Assembly: GCA_965242965.1 (NCBI GenBank)
Contig: OZ251518.1
Coordinates: 3,392,001 to 3,456,000 of the forward strand
Length of the DNA: 64,000 nucleotides
DNA from: Candidatus Poribacteria bacterium
Lineage (GTDB): Bacteria; Poribacteria; WGA-4E; WGA-3G
Reading direction: 5' to 3'
The notes below the pieces were generated by a model. That model ran no database searches. It was not told the origin of the DNA and saw nothing but the letters and a program-made list of their open reading frames with translations. A program made the translations under genes and the position numbers. Below, one piece after another: positions 39,050-49,142 of the stretch (the first letter of the stretch is position 1; every line of letters starts with the position of its first letter).

Positions 39050-41467
39050 CTAAGCATTCACCGGCCGGATAATCACCGTCACCTTCGTGCCTTGTGGTGG
39101 AATGACATCCGTGTTGACACGGTAGGTGTTATCATCGGTACCGGTAGGAAGCGGATGATTGAAAAGCGCGTCCGGATCCCGATAGACAGCGATGATGTTA
39201 TGAAACAGCTGCGCTGTCAACTGATTGTTGATAATTCTCGCTGTGAAAACCCACGGTGTTTCTTGCATCGGACGCTCTTGGAAGGCGTTCCATAACAACT
39301 GCTCCGCGCGGTGCGAGACAACCTCATCACCGCGTTCCCATTCTACCCAGATTTCAACGCGGGAACCCTCCGGCTGTCGAGTATCACCTTCTTCAACAAG
39401 ATTCATGCCATACTCAAAATCGTTTATACCGAGTGCGGTGAACATATAGAACGGCTCAGCGTGAAGGATCAGCACACTCTCGTGCGTTTTGCCCAACTTA
39501 CCGCACGCGAAGAATTCGATATTGGCATCCGCACCGACAATGTTAATCTCGCCCGGCACACGAACCTCCCGATTGTTGGTATCCACAGTGACATTGCCCA
39601 GTTGATAAAGGTTCTCACCAATCTTCTGAGGCTTCGCCAACTGCGCGTCTGTCGCAGACGTGGATTGCGGATAGACGGTGAGGGTTTCAGAGACACGCGG
39701 CCGGATATGGAACCCCTCCGTTACCACTCCCGCCGCTGTCTCTATTCGTGCCGCGATAGTTACGTCACCCGCTACCGTAGGCACCCAGTCAGCGGATATC
39801 GATGTCTCACCGAGGGTGGAAGTCCAAAGCACCTCTGTGGTTGCTACTTCCACATCATCGGCATAAAAGCCGACGTTAAGAATGCCATCAAAAGGCGTTC
39901 CAGTATTTCGGAGCGTTGCGCTGAGCCGCACCGCCTCGCCGACGCGCGGTGCCGGCGGCGAGAACCGCAGGCTCCGCGGCACGATACCGATATTCGGTTG
40001 CGTTGGCCCGACAAGCGCGCGGCTTAAGGACATCACAGCGAAGCATGTCGCCAAAAAATCGCCCTCCGCGCCTTGCCATTTGCCATCTGGCTCCTGACGT
40101 GCTACCATCATGCCAGCTATTTCATCATACCACGCGTGCCCGGCAAGCGTCTCCTGCATCGGCGGGATGTCGCAGAACCGCTGCAACGAAAGAAGATAGT
40201 AGTAAAGCCACGAATTAGAACCGGGATTGCGCGTCAATGTCCAATGCTTTTTCAGCCACGCGACACCCTTTTGAATCTGCCGGTCTTCGACAGAGACACC
40301 GCATGCGCGAAGGGCCCATAACCCCGTAGCTGTCATGCTGCCATAGACACCTATCGCCCACGGGGAGCCGTCGTCAACGAGATTATAGAGCCAGCCGCCG
40401 GTCTCGGTTTGGTTTCGGCGGACCCACTTTTCGGCGCGTTCCCATGTCTGCTGCGGAATCTCAAGGCCCGCCTGTTTTGCGGCGTAAAGCGCGTAGAGCA
40501 CCATGTTCATGTGCGCGCCATCGGCGGTGTAGCCGTAGCCCCAGCCGCCATCATCCCTCGGGTCGGTAAATGCGCTATCCTTTACCGGCAGCTGCTTTTT
40601 GACGAGTTGGTTCACGGCAAACTGCGCGCGCTCCCAGTAGGCAGCATCCTGGGATGCCAATAAAACCGGGACGACTACGGCGTAGTGGTAGACAGAAAAC
40701 CCATTCCAATCCTGTCCCAACAGAAACGTGAGCCCTTTTTCGACAGCCGGGGAATCGAGTGTCCGTCCAGCACCGAGGAGTGCCTGCAACGCTAAGGAAG
40801 TCTCCTGCGTTCTATCTTCGCCGAAATTCCACGCGGCACCCGGCACAACATTCTCTCCTAACCCCTTCAGGCTCGCGGCGCAAGTAATGCAAGACAGAAT
40901 CATTTGGTTTTTAGTGCCGCATTGCAGACAGGTGCGGCTATGTTTGCCCTGCTGCGCTTCTATCCACGCGACACCTCTGGCTATTGCGTTTTCGATTTGC
41001 GCCGGTGTGGCAGGCGGAAATGTCACTGCCTCGGCGACAATCGTGGTATGCGCAATGTTATTGCTATCGTCAGCCTCCTGAATATGCGTATCGCCATGAG
41101 GATTGACGATAGCATAAATCTCGGTTTGTCCGGGGGGTGGCTGCCATCGCGTTTTCACGCGCCTAGATTGTCCCGGTTTCAACTCAATAATGACATCCCT
41201 GCATACAATTTGGAGAGGTTGCGAATGCCTCGGGTCACCTTCATAAAGGTTAACTCCCAGGTCTTCGTTCATCGTCGGGGTGGCATCCCCAACGTTTTCC
41301 ACGCGCACCCAAATCATCACCTCTTCCCCTTCAACGGGTGTCGGATTAGAAAAGGTGATGCTATCGGGAGTGACGCGAAAATCCGGGAGTTGCGCGACTG
41401 CGCCATCGGAAAGCCACCCGACGACAGCAATAAAAATGGCAACGCAAGAAAGGCTGTGCCTCATCAT
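39050..41467 (-). CDS. secreted CARDB + prenyltransferase/squalene-cyclase-like repeat + CARDB + YdjY-like domain protein
   Basis: V.VENVG...E.DDSNN (CARDB); Q..DGGWGY and QEPDGKW QW-like repeats; C-terminal E..AC...GKTHES motif; AAGGAGG RBS. Confidence 0.72.
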   Translation of the reverse strand: MMRHSLSCVAIFIAVVGWLSDGAVAQLPDFRVTPDSITFSNPTPVEGEEVMIWVRVENVGDATPTMNEDLGVNLYEGDPRHSQPLQIVCRDVIIELKPGQSRRVKTRWQPPPGQTEIYAIVNPHGDTHIQEADDSNNIAHTTIVAEAVTFPPATPAQIENAIARGVAWIEAQQGKHSRTCLQCGTKNQMILSCITCAASLKGLGENVVPGAAWNFGEDRTQETSLALQALLGAGRTLDSPAVEKGLTFLLGQDWNGFSVYHYAVVVPVLLASQDAAYWERAQFAVNQLVKKQLPVKDSAFTDPRDDGGWGYGYTADGAHMNMVLYALYAAKQAGLEIPQQTWERAEKWVRRNQTETGGWLYNLVDDGSPWAIGVYGSMTATGLWALRACGVSVEDRQIQKGVAWLKKHWTLTRNPGSNSWLYYYLLSLQRFCDIPPMQETLAGHAWYDEIAGMMVARQEPDGKWQGAEGDFLATCFAVMSLSRALVGPTQPNIGIVPRSLRFSPPAPRVGEAVRLSATLRNTGTPFDGILNVGFYADDVEVATTEVLWTSTLGETSISADWVPTVAGDVTIAARIETAAGVVTEGFHIRPRVSETLTVYPQSTSATDAQLAKPQKIGENLYQLGNVTVDTNNREVRVPGEINIVGADANIEFFACGKLGKTHESVLILHAEPFYMFTALGINDFEYGMNLVEEGDTRQPEGSRVEIWVEWERGDEVVSHRAEQLLWNAFQERPMQETPWVFTARIINNQLTAQLFHNIIAVYRDPDALFNHPLPTGTDDNTYRVNTDVIPPQGTKVTVIIRPVNA

Positions 41468-41548
41468 GATAGTTACCTCCTTCTTACAATTAGACGTTCG
41501 CGAAACGGCGCGCTCTGGTGCTCTTGCCCTACAGAGAGTCATTGGGTA

Positions 41549-42481
41549 TTACGGTTGCCAGTATCCCACCGAAACGGAAGACGGCTGCTGAATCGGATTC
41601 GCAAACAACTGCTGTCCCGCTGGAGAGTATTTACTCACTTCACCGGTGAAGGTTGCCCCGAGCAGGTCTGCCACCCAAATCGCGCCATCGGTTGGCGAGA
41701 CGCTAATCGCGACGATTGCCATCCCCGCCGGAAATTCCGCCGTTTTCGTCCCATCCGTGGACAACTTAATCAGCATCGATTGTTGTGAGACTACCCACAA
41801 GCTCCCATCGCTCACATTGATGCGGGGTGACGTAGGATTCAGAATATCGGTTATCTCCACCAACTTTTGTCCATCGGGTGAAACGCGCATGAGGACGCTG
41901 TGTTGGCTATCCGCGATCCAAGCGTTCCCTTGGTAATCCACCGTTACGCCTTTCGGTTCGCCCATTGAGGGGGCATCGACGATTTTATTCCCCGCGGCAT
42001 CGTAACGTGCAATCGGCCCGCGGGCATTCGTTATCCATGCGGAACCGTCCTGCGGGTTCACCGCTACGGCGGGTTCGTGCGCCTCTATCGTGGCGAGGAC
42101 CTGGGTGCCATCGCCGGATACCTTTTTGACAGCATCGTAGCCGGCAACCCACGCGGAACCGTCGGCAGGGTTAATCGCTATCATGCTAGGGCGTTTGATA
42201 TCGGGAATCGCGAGAAACTCGCCGGTGTTCGGGTTATACCTATAAACGGTATTCGCGGCAGAGACAGCAATCCACACAACGCCATCGGCGGGATTCACCT
42301 CGGCGGCACTCGCCTGCGGTAAGTTGGGAATCACCTGCGGGTCGGCGTTGCCATTCGCATACAATTTGTAGACTGTGGTGCCGCCGCTCACAACCCAACA
42401 CTCGCCGTTATATTGTCCGTAACTCGCAGCAACACAGAGCCCGAACAGCATCGTTACTATCCAAAACATCTTCGCCTTCAT
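41549..42481 (-). CDS. secreted beta-propeller (NHL/Vgb-like) protein
   Basis: Repeated VNP.DG..W.A blades; signal peptide. Confidence 0.8.
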   Translation of the reverse strand: MKAKMFWIVTMLFGLCVAASYGQYNGECWVVSGGTTVYKLYANGNADPQVIPNLPQASAAEVNPADGVVWIAVSAANTVYRYNPNTGEFLAIPDIKRPSMIAINPADGSAWVAGYDAVKKVSGDGTQVLATIEAHEPAVAVNPQDGSAWITNARGPIARYDAAGNKIVDAPSMGEPKGVTVDYQGNAWIADSQHSVLMRVSPDGQKLVEITDILNPTSPRINVSDGSLWVVSQQSMLIKLSTDGTKTAEFPAGMAIVAISVSPTDGAIWVADLLGATFTGEVSKYSPAGQQLFANPIQQPSSVSVGYWQP

Positions 42482-42820
42482 AATCGGTATTCTCCTTTTT
42501 GATTCAAACGTGTCAAGCGGCGCGCTCGCCGCGCAGAACAATTCAACGATGCATCGGCACCGAGCCCAGCAACGGAATCAAGAACGGGGGCTCGCCTACA
42601 AAAGCATCGAAACTGGGAGGGTTCTCCTATGGGGAAAACCAAATCGTCCTGCTCGTTGCAAGCAACACCTTTAAGAAAATCGTTGTTATTTTAATATTAA
42701 CATATTCCTGTTCCTTTTTCAAGGAATTTCATTTTGTTGATTTTTGTAGAGACATGTGGTATCCTATTTATAGCTGGCATTATGGCTGACACGTGTGCCA
42801 GATTGAGGAGGTAGATATTC

Positions 42821-43429
42821 ATGGAATTTAGCGATTTTAAGACAGTTTCTGAAGTCCTAGAGCAATTTCAGATCCGTTATACGCGAAACGACTGCGTCAA
42901 GGGTGAACTTTTAACCCCATCGGAGCAGTTCTTGCAGGAACTCGCGTTTAACCAGCAGTATTTCGATGTTTTCGCATCCGAGGCAATCCGGTGCCAGGCA
43001 TTTATTTTCCCTGTTTTACGGGAGAGTTACAAAGGTTACGCTGACGACTATGTGCTTTGGGTAGAAAAATCCATTGCTTACGACGAAACCTTGAACGGCA
43101 CCCCAGACTATCTCATTGCGACTAAATCTCAATGGGGCACGCCCGTTTTCGGAAAACCTTTGATAATGCTTGTGGAAGCAAAGAAGAACGATTTCGACGT
43201 TGGTTGGGGGCAATGTCTTGCAGAACTCGTCGCCGCACAGAAAATCAATGACGATACAGATTTCCCTGTCTACGGCATCGTCACTGATGGCGAGCGGTGG
43301 CAATTTGGGTGCCTTGTCGGCGACACGTTTACGCACAATATCACCGGCTTTAACATGGACAATTTGCCAGCACTTTTCGGTGCACTTGATGCCGTGTTCA
43401 AAGCCGCAACGGAAGCCGCTAGCAGGTGA
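42821..43429 (+). CDS. PD-(D/E)XK restriction endonuclease-fold protein
   Basis: G.PDY, VEAKK, GQCLAE..AA and YGIVTDG..W.F motifs; GAGGAGG RBS. Confidence 0.75.
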   Translation: MEFSDFKTVSEVLEQFQIRYTRNDCVKGELLTPSEQFLQELAFNQQYFDVFASEAIRCQAFIFPVLRESYKGYADDYVLWVEKSIAYDETLNGTPDYLIATKSQWGTPVFGKPLIMLVEAKKNDFDVGWGQCLAELVAAQKINDDTDFPVYGIVTDGERWQFGCLVGDTFTHNITGFNMDNLPALFGALDAVFKAATEAASR

Positions 43430-43464
43430 ATAGGCATTGACGTGCGCGGTTATCACAAAAAAAC

Positions 43465-43494
43465 TTGACAGCAACCGCGCACGGATGGTATCCT
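43465..43494 (+). promoter_or_regulatory. sigma70 promoter, probably giving a leaderless mRNA
   Basis: TTGACA-18nt-TATCCT with TGn extension, 7 nt before ATG; repeated at 44683-44712. Confidence 0.65.
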
Positions 43495-43501
43495 AACGTG
43501 T

Positions 43502-44524
43502 ATGGACAATCACATTCAGACTCCCTTTGACTGGGAGAACCTCCCAGCAAACCGATACGATATCGCCGCAAAGCATGCCGCACGCGCATTCCCAAACGAT
43601 ATGCTCAACCTCCTCCTCGGCACCGCCGAGTTTCAATTCATTGAGCATGTCGATATCGAACTGCCAGCCATGGACATCCGGCGCATGGATACGCTCACAA
43701 AGATTCGACTCAATGGCGAAACGACGCTCATCCATCGAGAATATCAGCTGCACGAAAGTTATCCCATCCCCATCGAACGCCGCATCGCCGGCTACCGGGG
43801 AAGAGGCTATGAAAACGACGAACTGCCGATTCGTTCCTATGTCATATACTTTCAACCACCCGTCGGACGAAGAGACCCGGGCGGCTTCTTTCAAAACATA
43901 GATGTCCCCGGACAACGATTCATCTCCGAATATGAAGTCATTCGGATGTATGACATCCAAGGCGGACCGATTCTTGAAGCGCGCGCACCCGGATTGATGC
44001 CGTTTCTGCCACTGATGCAACCACCGGCCGGCGTGGACAGCCACGCCTGGCTGCAGCAGTGCATCGCAACGACACGGCAGCTGCCGCTTGACACGCCGCA
44101 TATCGACAATTTACTGATGGCTACCGGGATATTTGGCAATCTCGCCTACGACTCGGAAACACTCTACACCATTATTTCGGAGGAAGACATGAGACACTCA
44201 TCCATTTTCCAACGCCTCATGCAGCAACCGCTCACGGAGGCACGCCAAGAAGGAATAGAACTCGGTAAAGAACAAGGCCGCGAAGAGGGCATTGAACTCG
44301 GCCGGGAACAAGGCATTGAACTCGGCGAGCAAAGAAGAGCCGCCGCGGCTCTCCTTGAAGTCTTGGAGGCACGCTTTAACGGCGAGGTGCATCTCTTCAA
44401 ACCCACATTTGAGGCACTCACCGATTTGCAGCTCCTCGAACAACTGTTGCGCACAGCCCTTCGCGCGCCAACCTTTGACGACGTGATGCAGACCTTGAGA
44501 GGCTATCGAAACAACGGTACCTAA
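43502..44524 (+). CDS. Rpn/YhgA-like (PD-(D/E)XK) protein, copy 1
   Basis: YD..AK, ELP..D.RRMD, IH.EYQ, R...Y and EG.E.G C-terminal repeats. Confidence 0.82.
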   Translation: MDNHIQTPFDWENLPANRYDIAAKHAARAFPNDMLNLLLGTAEFQFIEHVDIELPAMDIRRMDTLTKIRLNGETTLIHREYQLHESYPIPIERRIAGYRGRGYENDELPIRSYVIYFQPPVGRRDPGGFFQNIDVPGQRFISEYEVIRMYDIQGGPILEARAPGLMPFLPLMQPPAGVDSHAWLQQCIATTRQLPLDTPHIDNLLMATGIFGNLAYDSETLYTIISEEDMRHSSIFQRLMQQPLTEARQEGIELGKEQGREEGIELGREQGIELGEQRRAAAALLEVLEARFNGEVHLFKPTFEALTDLQLLEQLLRTALRAPTFDDVMQTLRGYRNNGT

Positions 44525-44719
44525 CGCCGCACGCGCGGACGCTACAAACTGTAGCGTCCGCGCCCGGGACATCTCACACCGCGCGGGGGCCAATTCTGCA
44601 TTCTGGCACGAGTGCCAAACGAATCAGAGCGCAATAGACAGATGCGGAGAACGGAAGCACTTTAAGGTTATCACAAAAAAACTTGACATTAACCGCGCAC
44701 GGATGGTATCCTAATGTGT

Positions 44720-45697
44720 ATGGACAATCACATTCAGAATCCTTTTGATTGGGACAACCTCCCAGCAAACCGATACGATATCGCCGCAAAGCATGCAGCA
44801 CGCACATTCCCAAACGATATGCTCAACCTCCTCCTCGGCACCGCCGAGTTTCAATTCATTGAGCATGTCGATATTGAACTGCCAGCCATGGATATCCGGC
44901 GAATGGATACGCTCACAAAGATTCGCCTCAATGGCGAAACGACGCTCATCCACCGCGAATATCAGCTGCACGAAAGTTACCCCATCCCCATTGAACGCCG
45001 CATCGCAGGATACCGGGGAAGAGGCTATGAAAACGACGAACTGCCCATTCGTTCCTATGTCATATACTTTCAACCACCTGTCGGACGAAGAGACCCGGGC
45101 GGCTTCTTTCAAAATATAGACGTGCCCGGACAACGATTCATCTCCGAATACGAAGTCATTCGGATGTATGACATCCAAGGCGGACCGATTCTTGAAGCGC
45201 GCGCACCCGGATTGATGCCCTTTCTGCCGCTGATGCAACCACCGGCCGGCGTGGACAGTCACGCCTGGCTGCAGCAGTGCATCGCAACGACACGGCAGCT
45301 GCCGCTTGATACGCCGCATATCGACAATTTGCTGATGGCTACCGGGATATTTGGCAATCTCGCCTACGACTCGGAAACACTCTACACCATTATTTCGGAG
45401 GAAGACATGAGACACTCATCTATTTTCCAACGCCTCATGCAACAGCCGTTGACTGAGGCACTCCAAGAGGGCATCGAAAAAGGCTGGGAAGAAGGCGCAA
45501 GAGAAACCGCCATCAACAACCTCATCGCTGTCTTGGACGCACGCTTCCATGAACAGGAGGTGGCGCTCTTCAAACCCACATTTGAGGCACTCACCGACTT
45601 GCAACTCCTCAGTCAGTTACATCACACCGCTCTTCGCGCGCCAACCTTTGACGACGTGATGCAGACCTTGAGGGGCTATCGAAACAACGGCGCATAA
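44720..45697 (+). CDS. Rpn/YhgA-like protein, copy 2
   Basis: Near-identical to copy 1 except for a C-terminal segment. Confidence 0.82.
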   Translation: MDNHIQNPFDWDNLPANRYDIAAKHAARTFPNDMLNLLLGTAEFQFIEHVDIELPAMDIRRMDTLTKIRLNGETTLIHREYQLHESYPIPIERRIAGYRGRGYENDELPIRSYVIYFQPPVGRRDPGGFFQNIDVPGQRFISEYEVIRMYDIQGGPILEARAPGLMPFLPLMQPPAGVDSHAWLQQCIATTRQLPLDTPHIDNLLMATGIFGNLAYDSETLYTIISEEDMRHSSIFQRLMQQPLTEALQEGIEKGWEEGARETAINNLIAVLDARFHEQEVALFKPTFEALTDLQLLSQLHHTALRAPTFDDVMQTLRGYRNNGA

Positions 45698-45736
45698 CGC
45701 AAGCCCTGAATGCATGACGCGGGCACACGTCCCGCG

Positions 45737-48700
45737 TCATCCCTCCACAATCGCAATCTCCGCTTCTGTCACGCCGTAAAGCGCGTAAACTAACGCGTCA
45801 ATCTCCTGCTCCAGCGAAGACGTATCCGCACCCGGGTCTTCTCGCTTTGCCGCCATAATCTGCTCTACCAATTCAATGATAGGCTGCTGTTCCGCAAGAC
45901 TCACAACAGGAATCGGGATTTTGCCGACATAGTAGTTGTCAAAAAACATCGTCATCCTCGCGGAACAATAGATGAACCGGTGGACATACCAATTCACCAA
46001 TGTGGCGTTGAAACAGGCAACAATAAAATTCGGATGAAAGTTTGGAGCTGTGATAAAGGTGTTTTCGACGGTATTCACGCCCAATATGTCACCCGTTTTG
46101 TCAACGGTAGCAGTAATCTTCCGCGGCGTTACGATTTTCTGAGAGATAATTTTGGGCTGAAGTAGCGATTGCACTTTCTTATTCGTCAGGTTAAGTGCCT
46201 CATGATTGAGAAAGCCTTTCACTCCCTCAACCCCATAGCGGTTTATGTTCTTGCCACCGATGAACGCAATGTCACCCGAAGGCTTCAATAGTCTTTCTAC
46301 CGATAATCCGCGGGTGGTATGAGAAATATCCCGCATAAACGTCCCAATGCGGTTTATCCGCTCCGCAAGCCGAATTTCCTCAAGTGACACATCGCAAATC
46401 CACGCTTGGAAAGCGTTGACATGGGACGCGGGAATCTCGACAGTCCGAGTCCACTCGTCATCAACAAATTTACGCGCCGTATAGGAGTTCTCGGCGTGGT
46501 GCGTGTCGTAGATGAAAAACACCTGCTCCAACTTGACGTTTTTGAACGCCGCCTCAACGTCGACAAGAACCCGCGTCTTGTCCAGCAACGCGAACGCTAA
46601 ACTTCGCCAACTTTCGACATACAACAGCGATTTCGGCACGATGAAGGCAAGCACGCCATCGGATTTCAGCAAGCGATTTTTCGCCGCGTCAATGAAAATT
46701 GCCGCACTGTTCAAATTCCGTGTCTCTCTTGCAACCCGTTTGAAATACGCTTTCTCGTGTGAATCAAACTTCGCACCGTAAGGCGGATTGGCGATGATGA
46801 CATCAAAGCCGGGGTTCGCCAATTCTTGTCCCGATGCATCGCGGAAGACTTCCGGAAACTCAATCTCCCAGTGGAAAAATCGATAGCATTCTGTCAACTC
46901 GCGCGCTTTCGGATAGACTAGCGAGTCAAGAGAGACATCTGTCTCTTCCATGGTAAACGCGCGGTAATCGCCGGGCGTAACGGCGTTCCCAAAATAGGCA
47001 CTCATCCAAAGAGCTGCGATTGCCTTATGATGGCTGAGCCGCTGCTGCGCAAGCTGCAATTCCTGTTCCATCGCGTGGATATCGTCCGCGGTCTGGCTCT
47101 CCATCCTCTCAATGACGAGGTAATGCCCAACTGCTTCAGAGACGGTATCCGTCCATCCGAAATCCATGGTGAGCGCGGTTTGTGGCGTTTCCGTTGCGCG
47201 GCGGCGTTTGGACAAAACCGGCAGATTGGCGAGCCCGGCGATATTCGCGCCAATCAACGAATTTCCGCACCGAATATGGTGATCCAAGAAGGACAGCGGT
47301 TCGCCTTTCGCAACGGTATGAAGCCAAAGCGACACCTTCGCTAACTCCACCGCCATCGGATTGATATCTACGCCGTAGATGCAGTTCTCTACGACACGCC
47401 GCCGCCAATACGCAATCTCGGTATCCATATCGTCTACCATCCCCGCATCAGGCGCGCTTTCCACGCGCGCAGACATCAGCGGCGCATCGGGATGCGTCGC
47501 CAACTGAAGCGCGAGATAATCAATCGCACCGACGAGGAAGTGCCCGCTACCCATCGCCGGATCCAACACTTTCAACCGGAGAATCTCCTCATAAGTCTTG
47601 CGGCTGCAGAGCGGATCGAGTGCGTCTTCAACCATCGCGCGCACGATTGCATCGGAGGTGTAGTAACTGCCGCTGGCTTTGCGTTCTTTTTTATCGCGGA
47701 TTAACCGAACCACCGGCGGTTCACCCTCCACACGGACATTATATTCAAGCAGTCCCTCGTAAATGTTGCCGAGGTGCTGAATCGCCAGGTCTTCGTAGGC
47801 GATGCGTTCCTTCTTCGCCGTGCGCGTGAGGAGATTGATGACTTCCGCAAGCACAGCGTTCCCGATTCTATGCGTCTCCAAAAACCGGTGGCGCGCGGGA
47901 TTAAACAGCCCACCGTTATATTGCGGAATCCGCTCCTCCCATCCCTTGTCAATGAGAGTGAATAGATTGCGGATGCGTTCCCAATAGTCACTCCGCAACG
48001 CGGGGATAGGGGTGCCCGCATCTAGCGTCCCGTGTATTTCGGCGGCAAGCGCGTCCAAACTATAGGTATCGCGGTAATCCGCGTCTTCAAGCGGCAGCAA
48101 CCCGCGGCTCTCGGCATACAAGATGAACAAGAGCCGATAGAGTAAGATTAGGCAATTTTCGTGGAGAGTCTCCAACTCAATATTCGATTGACTTAACGAA
48201 AGTGAAGTGGGGGGGCTGGGCATTAACCGGTTATCGGGATAGGTGAGAAACCCGTTCATCAGAGCCTCTAATGCCGAATAGATGCTGTCCCCGAGGTCAT
48301 CGGAAACGGCGACGGTATAGTGCGCGCTGCCGGTTAAGACGTTAGCTAAAAAGGTTGCGGAACCAGCCGAAACCTCTTGAGCGAACGCTTCGCTGCGGAA
48401 AAAGTAGTAGAAGTAGCGAAAAGCGTTGATGTCGTCATCAGTTAGCACTTTTCCCAGGTCTACTTCGTAGAAACTGTCCAGCTTGTAACTGGTGTCCCGA
48501 TGGTAAAGCCGCCACTGCTTTCCGTTGGTGAGCATCCCCCACGTCACTCCCGATGTTCGGATGTAGAAATCGATCTGGTAGTTCGGGTTGCTATTAGAGA
48601 ATGCGTCGCCGGGGCCGTCTAACCGTCTGTCGAGGTTTCGTCCCCACGCTTTCGCATCACCGATGGCGGTGGCGGTAGTGAAAAATTCGTCGGTGTTCAA

Positions 48701-49009
48701 CTGCGGGCGCGCGAGATTCAACGTTTCAGTGTCGGCGAAGAAAGCATAGTCGGGCTGCTTCGTGCCTTGCGCCGTGCGGAGCCTCGGTTGCACTTCAAAG
48801 GCGTGCCCTAGGACGCGCAGCACGGGACGGATGAACAACTCCTCCGTCTGTGCCTCGTTCAGCCGAGAGGCGGCGGCAGCGATAGGCGCGTAAAGTGCTT
48901 GAATCTCCTGATAGACAGCCGTGAGCGATGCACCAGTTTGGGCCGCCACTACCTTCTCAACGTAATAACTCGAAAAGAGGGAACGGTTGTTGTAAATCGG
49001 TTCTGACAT
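45737..49009 (-). CDS. type IIG (Eco57I-like) restriction-modification enzyme with TaqI-like C-terminal TRD
   Basis: N-terminal PD..DAK and LTNG.QWRLY; GSYYT; LDPAMGSGHF; NPPY; FFHWEIEFPEVF. Confidence 0.9.
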   Translation of the reverse strand: MSEPIYNNRSLFSSYYVEKVVAAQTGASLTAVYQEIQALYAPIAAAASRLNEAQTEELFIRPVLRVLGHAFEVQPRLRTAQGTKQPDYAFFADTETLNLARPQLNTDEFFTTATAIGDAKAWGRNLDRRLDGPGDAFSNSNPNYQIDFYIRTSGVTWGMLTNGKQWRLYHRDTSYKLDSFYEVDLGKVLTDDDINAFRYFYYFFRSEAFAQEVSAGSATFLANVLTGSAHYTVAVSDDLGDSIYSALEALMNGFLTYPDNRLMPSPPTSLSLSQSNIELETLHENCLILLYRLLFILYAESRGLLPLEDADYRDTYSLDALAAEIHGTLDAGTPIPALRSDYWERIRNLFTLIDKGWEERIPQYNGGLFNPARHRFLETHRIGNAVLAEVINLLTRTAKKERIAYEDLAIQHLGNIYEGLLEYNVRVEGEPPVVRLIRDKKERKASGSYYTSDAIVRAMVEDALDPLCSRKTYEEILRLKVLDPAMGSGHFLVGAIDYLALQLATHPDAPLMSARVESAPDAGMVDDMDTEIAYWRRRVVENCIYGVDINPMAVELAKVSLWLHTVAKGEPLSFLDHHIRCGNSLIGANIAGLANLPVLSKRRRATETPQTALTMDFGWTDTVSEAVGHYLVIERMESQTADDIHAMEQELQLAQQRLSHHKAIAALWMSAYFGNAVTPGDYRAFTMEETDVSLDSLVYPKARELTECYRFFHWEIEFPEVFRDASGQELANPGFDVIIANPPYGAKFDSHEKAYFKRVARETRNLNSAAIFIDAAKNRLLKSDGVLAFIVPKSLLYVESWRSLAFALLDKTRVLVDVEAAFKNVKLEQVFFIYDTHHAENSYTARKFVDDEWTRTVEIPASHVNAFQAWICDVSLEEIRLAERINRIGTFMRDISHTTRGLSVERLLKPSGDIAFIGGKNINRYGVEGVKGFLNHEALNLTNKKVQSLLQPKIISQKIVTPRKITATVDKTGDILGVNTVENTFITAPNFHPNFIVACFNATLVNWYVHRFIYCSARMTMFFDNYYVGKIPIPVVSLAEQQPIIELVEQIMAAKREDPGADTSSLEQEIDALVYALYGVTEAEIAIVEG

Positions 49010-49142
49010 TTTTTTGCAACTTTTTTCGGAGAATGGTGTATAATTAAGGTAAAGACTGCAGGAGCAACGCGAAAGACGCGAAAATTGACAAGCGATGCGA
49101 GTTTTTCGTCCATCCTGGTATGTTCAAAGGGAGGAAGTCCCC

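Noticed and set aside
43502-45697. Insertion sequences or a DGR target/template pair
   Set aside because: No terminal inverted repeats or reverse transcriptase, and the differences are not adenine-specific. Rpn proteins are not shown to be transposases.
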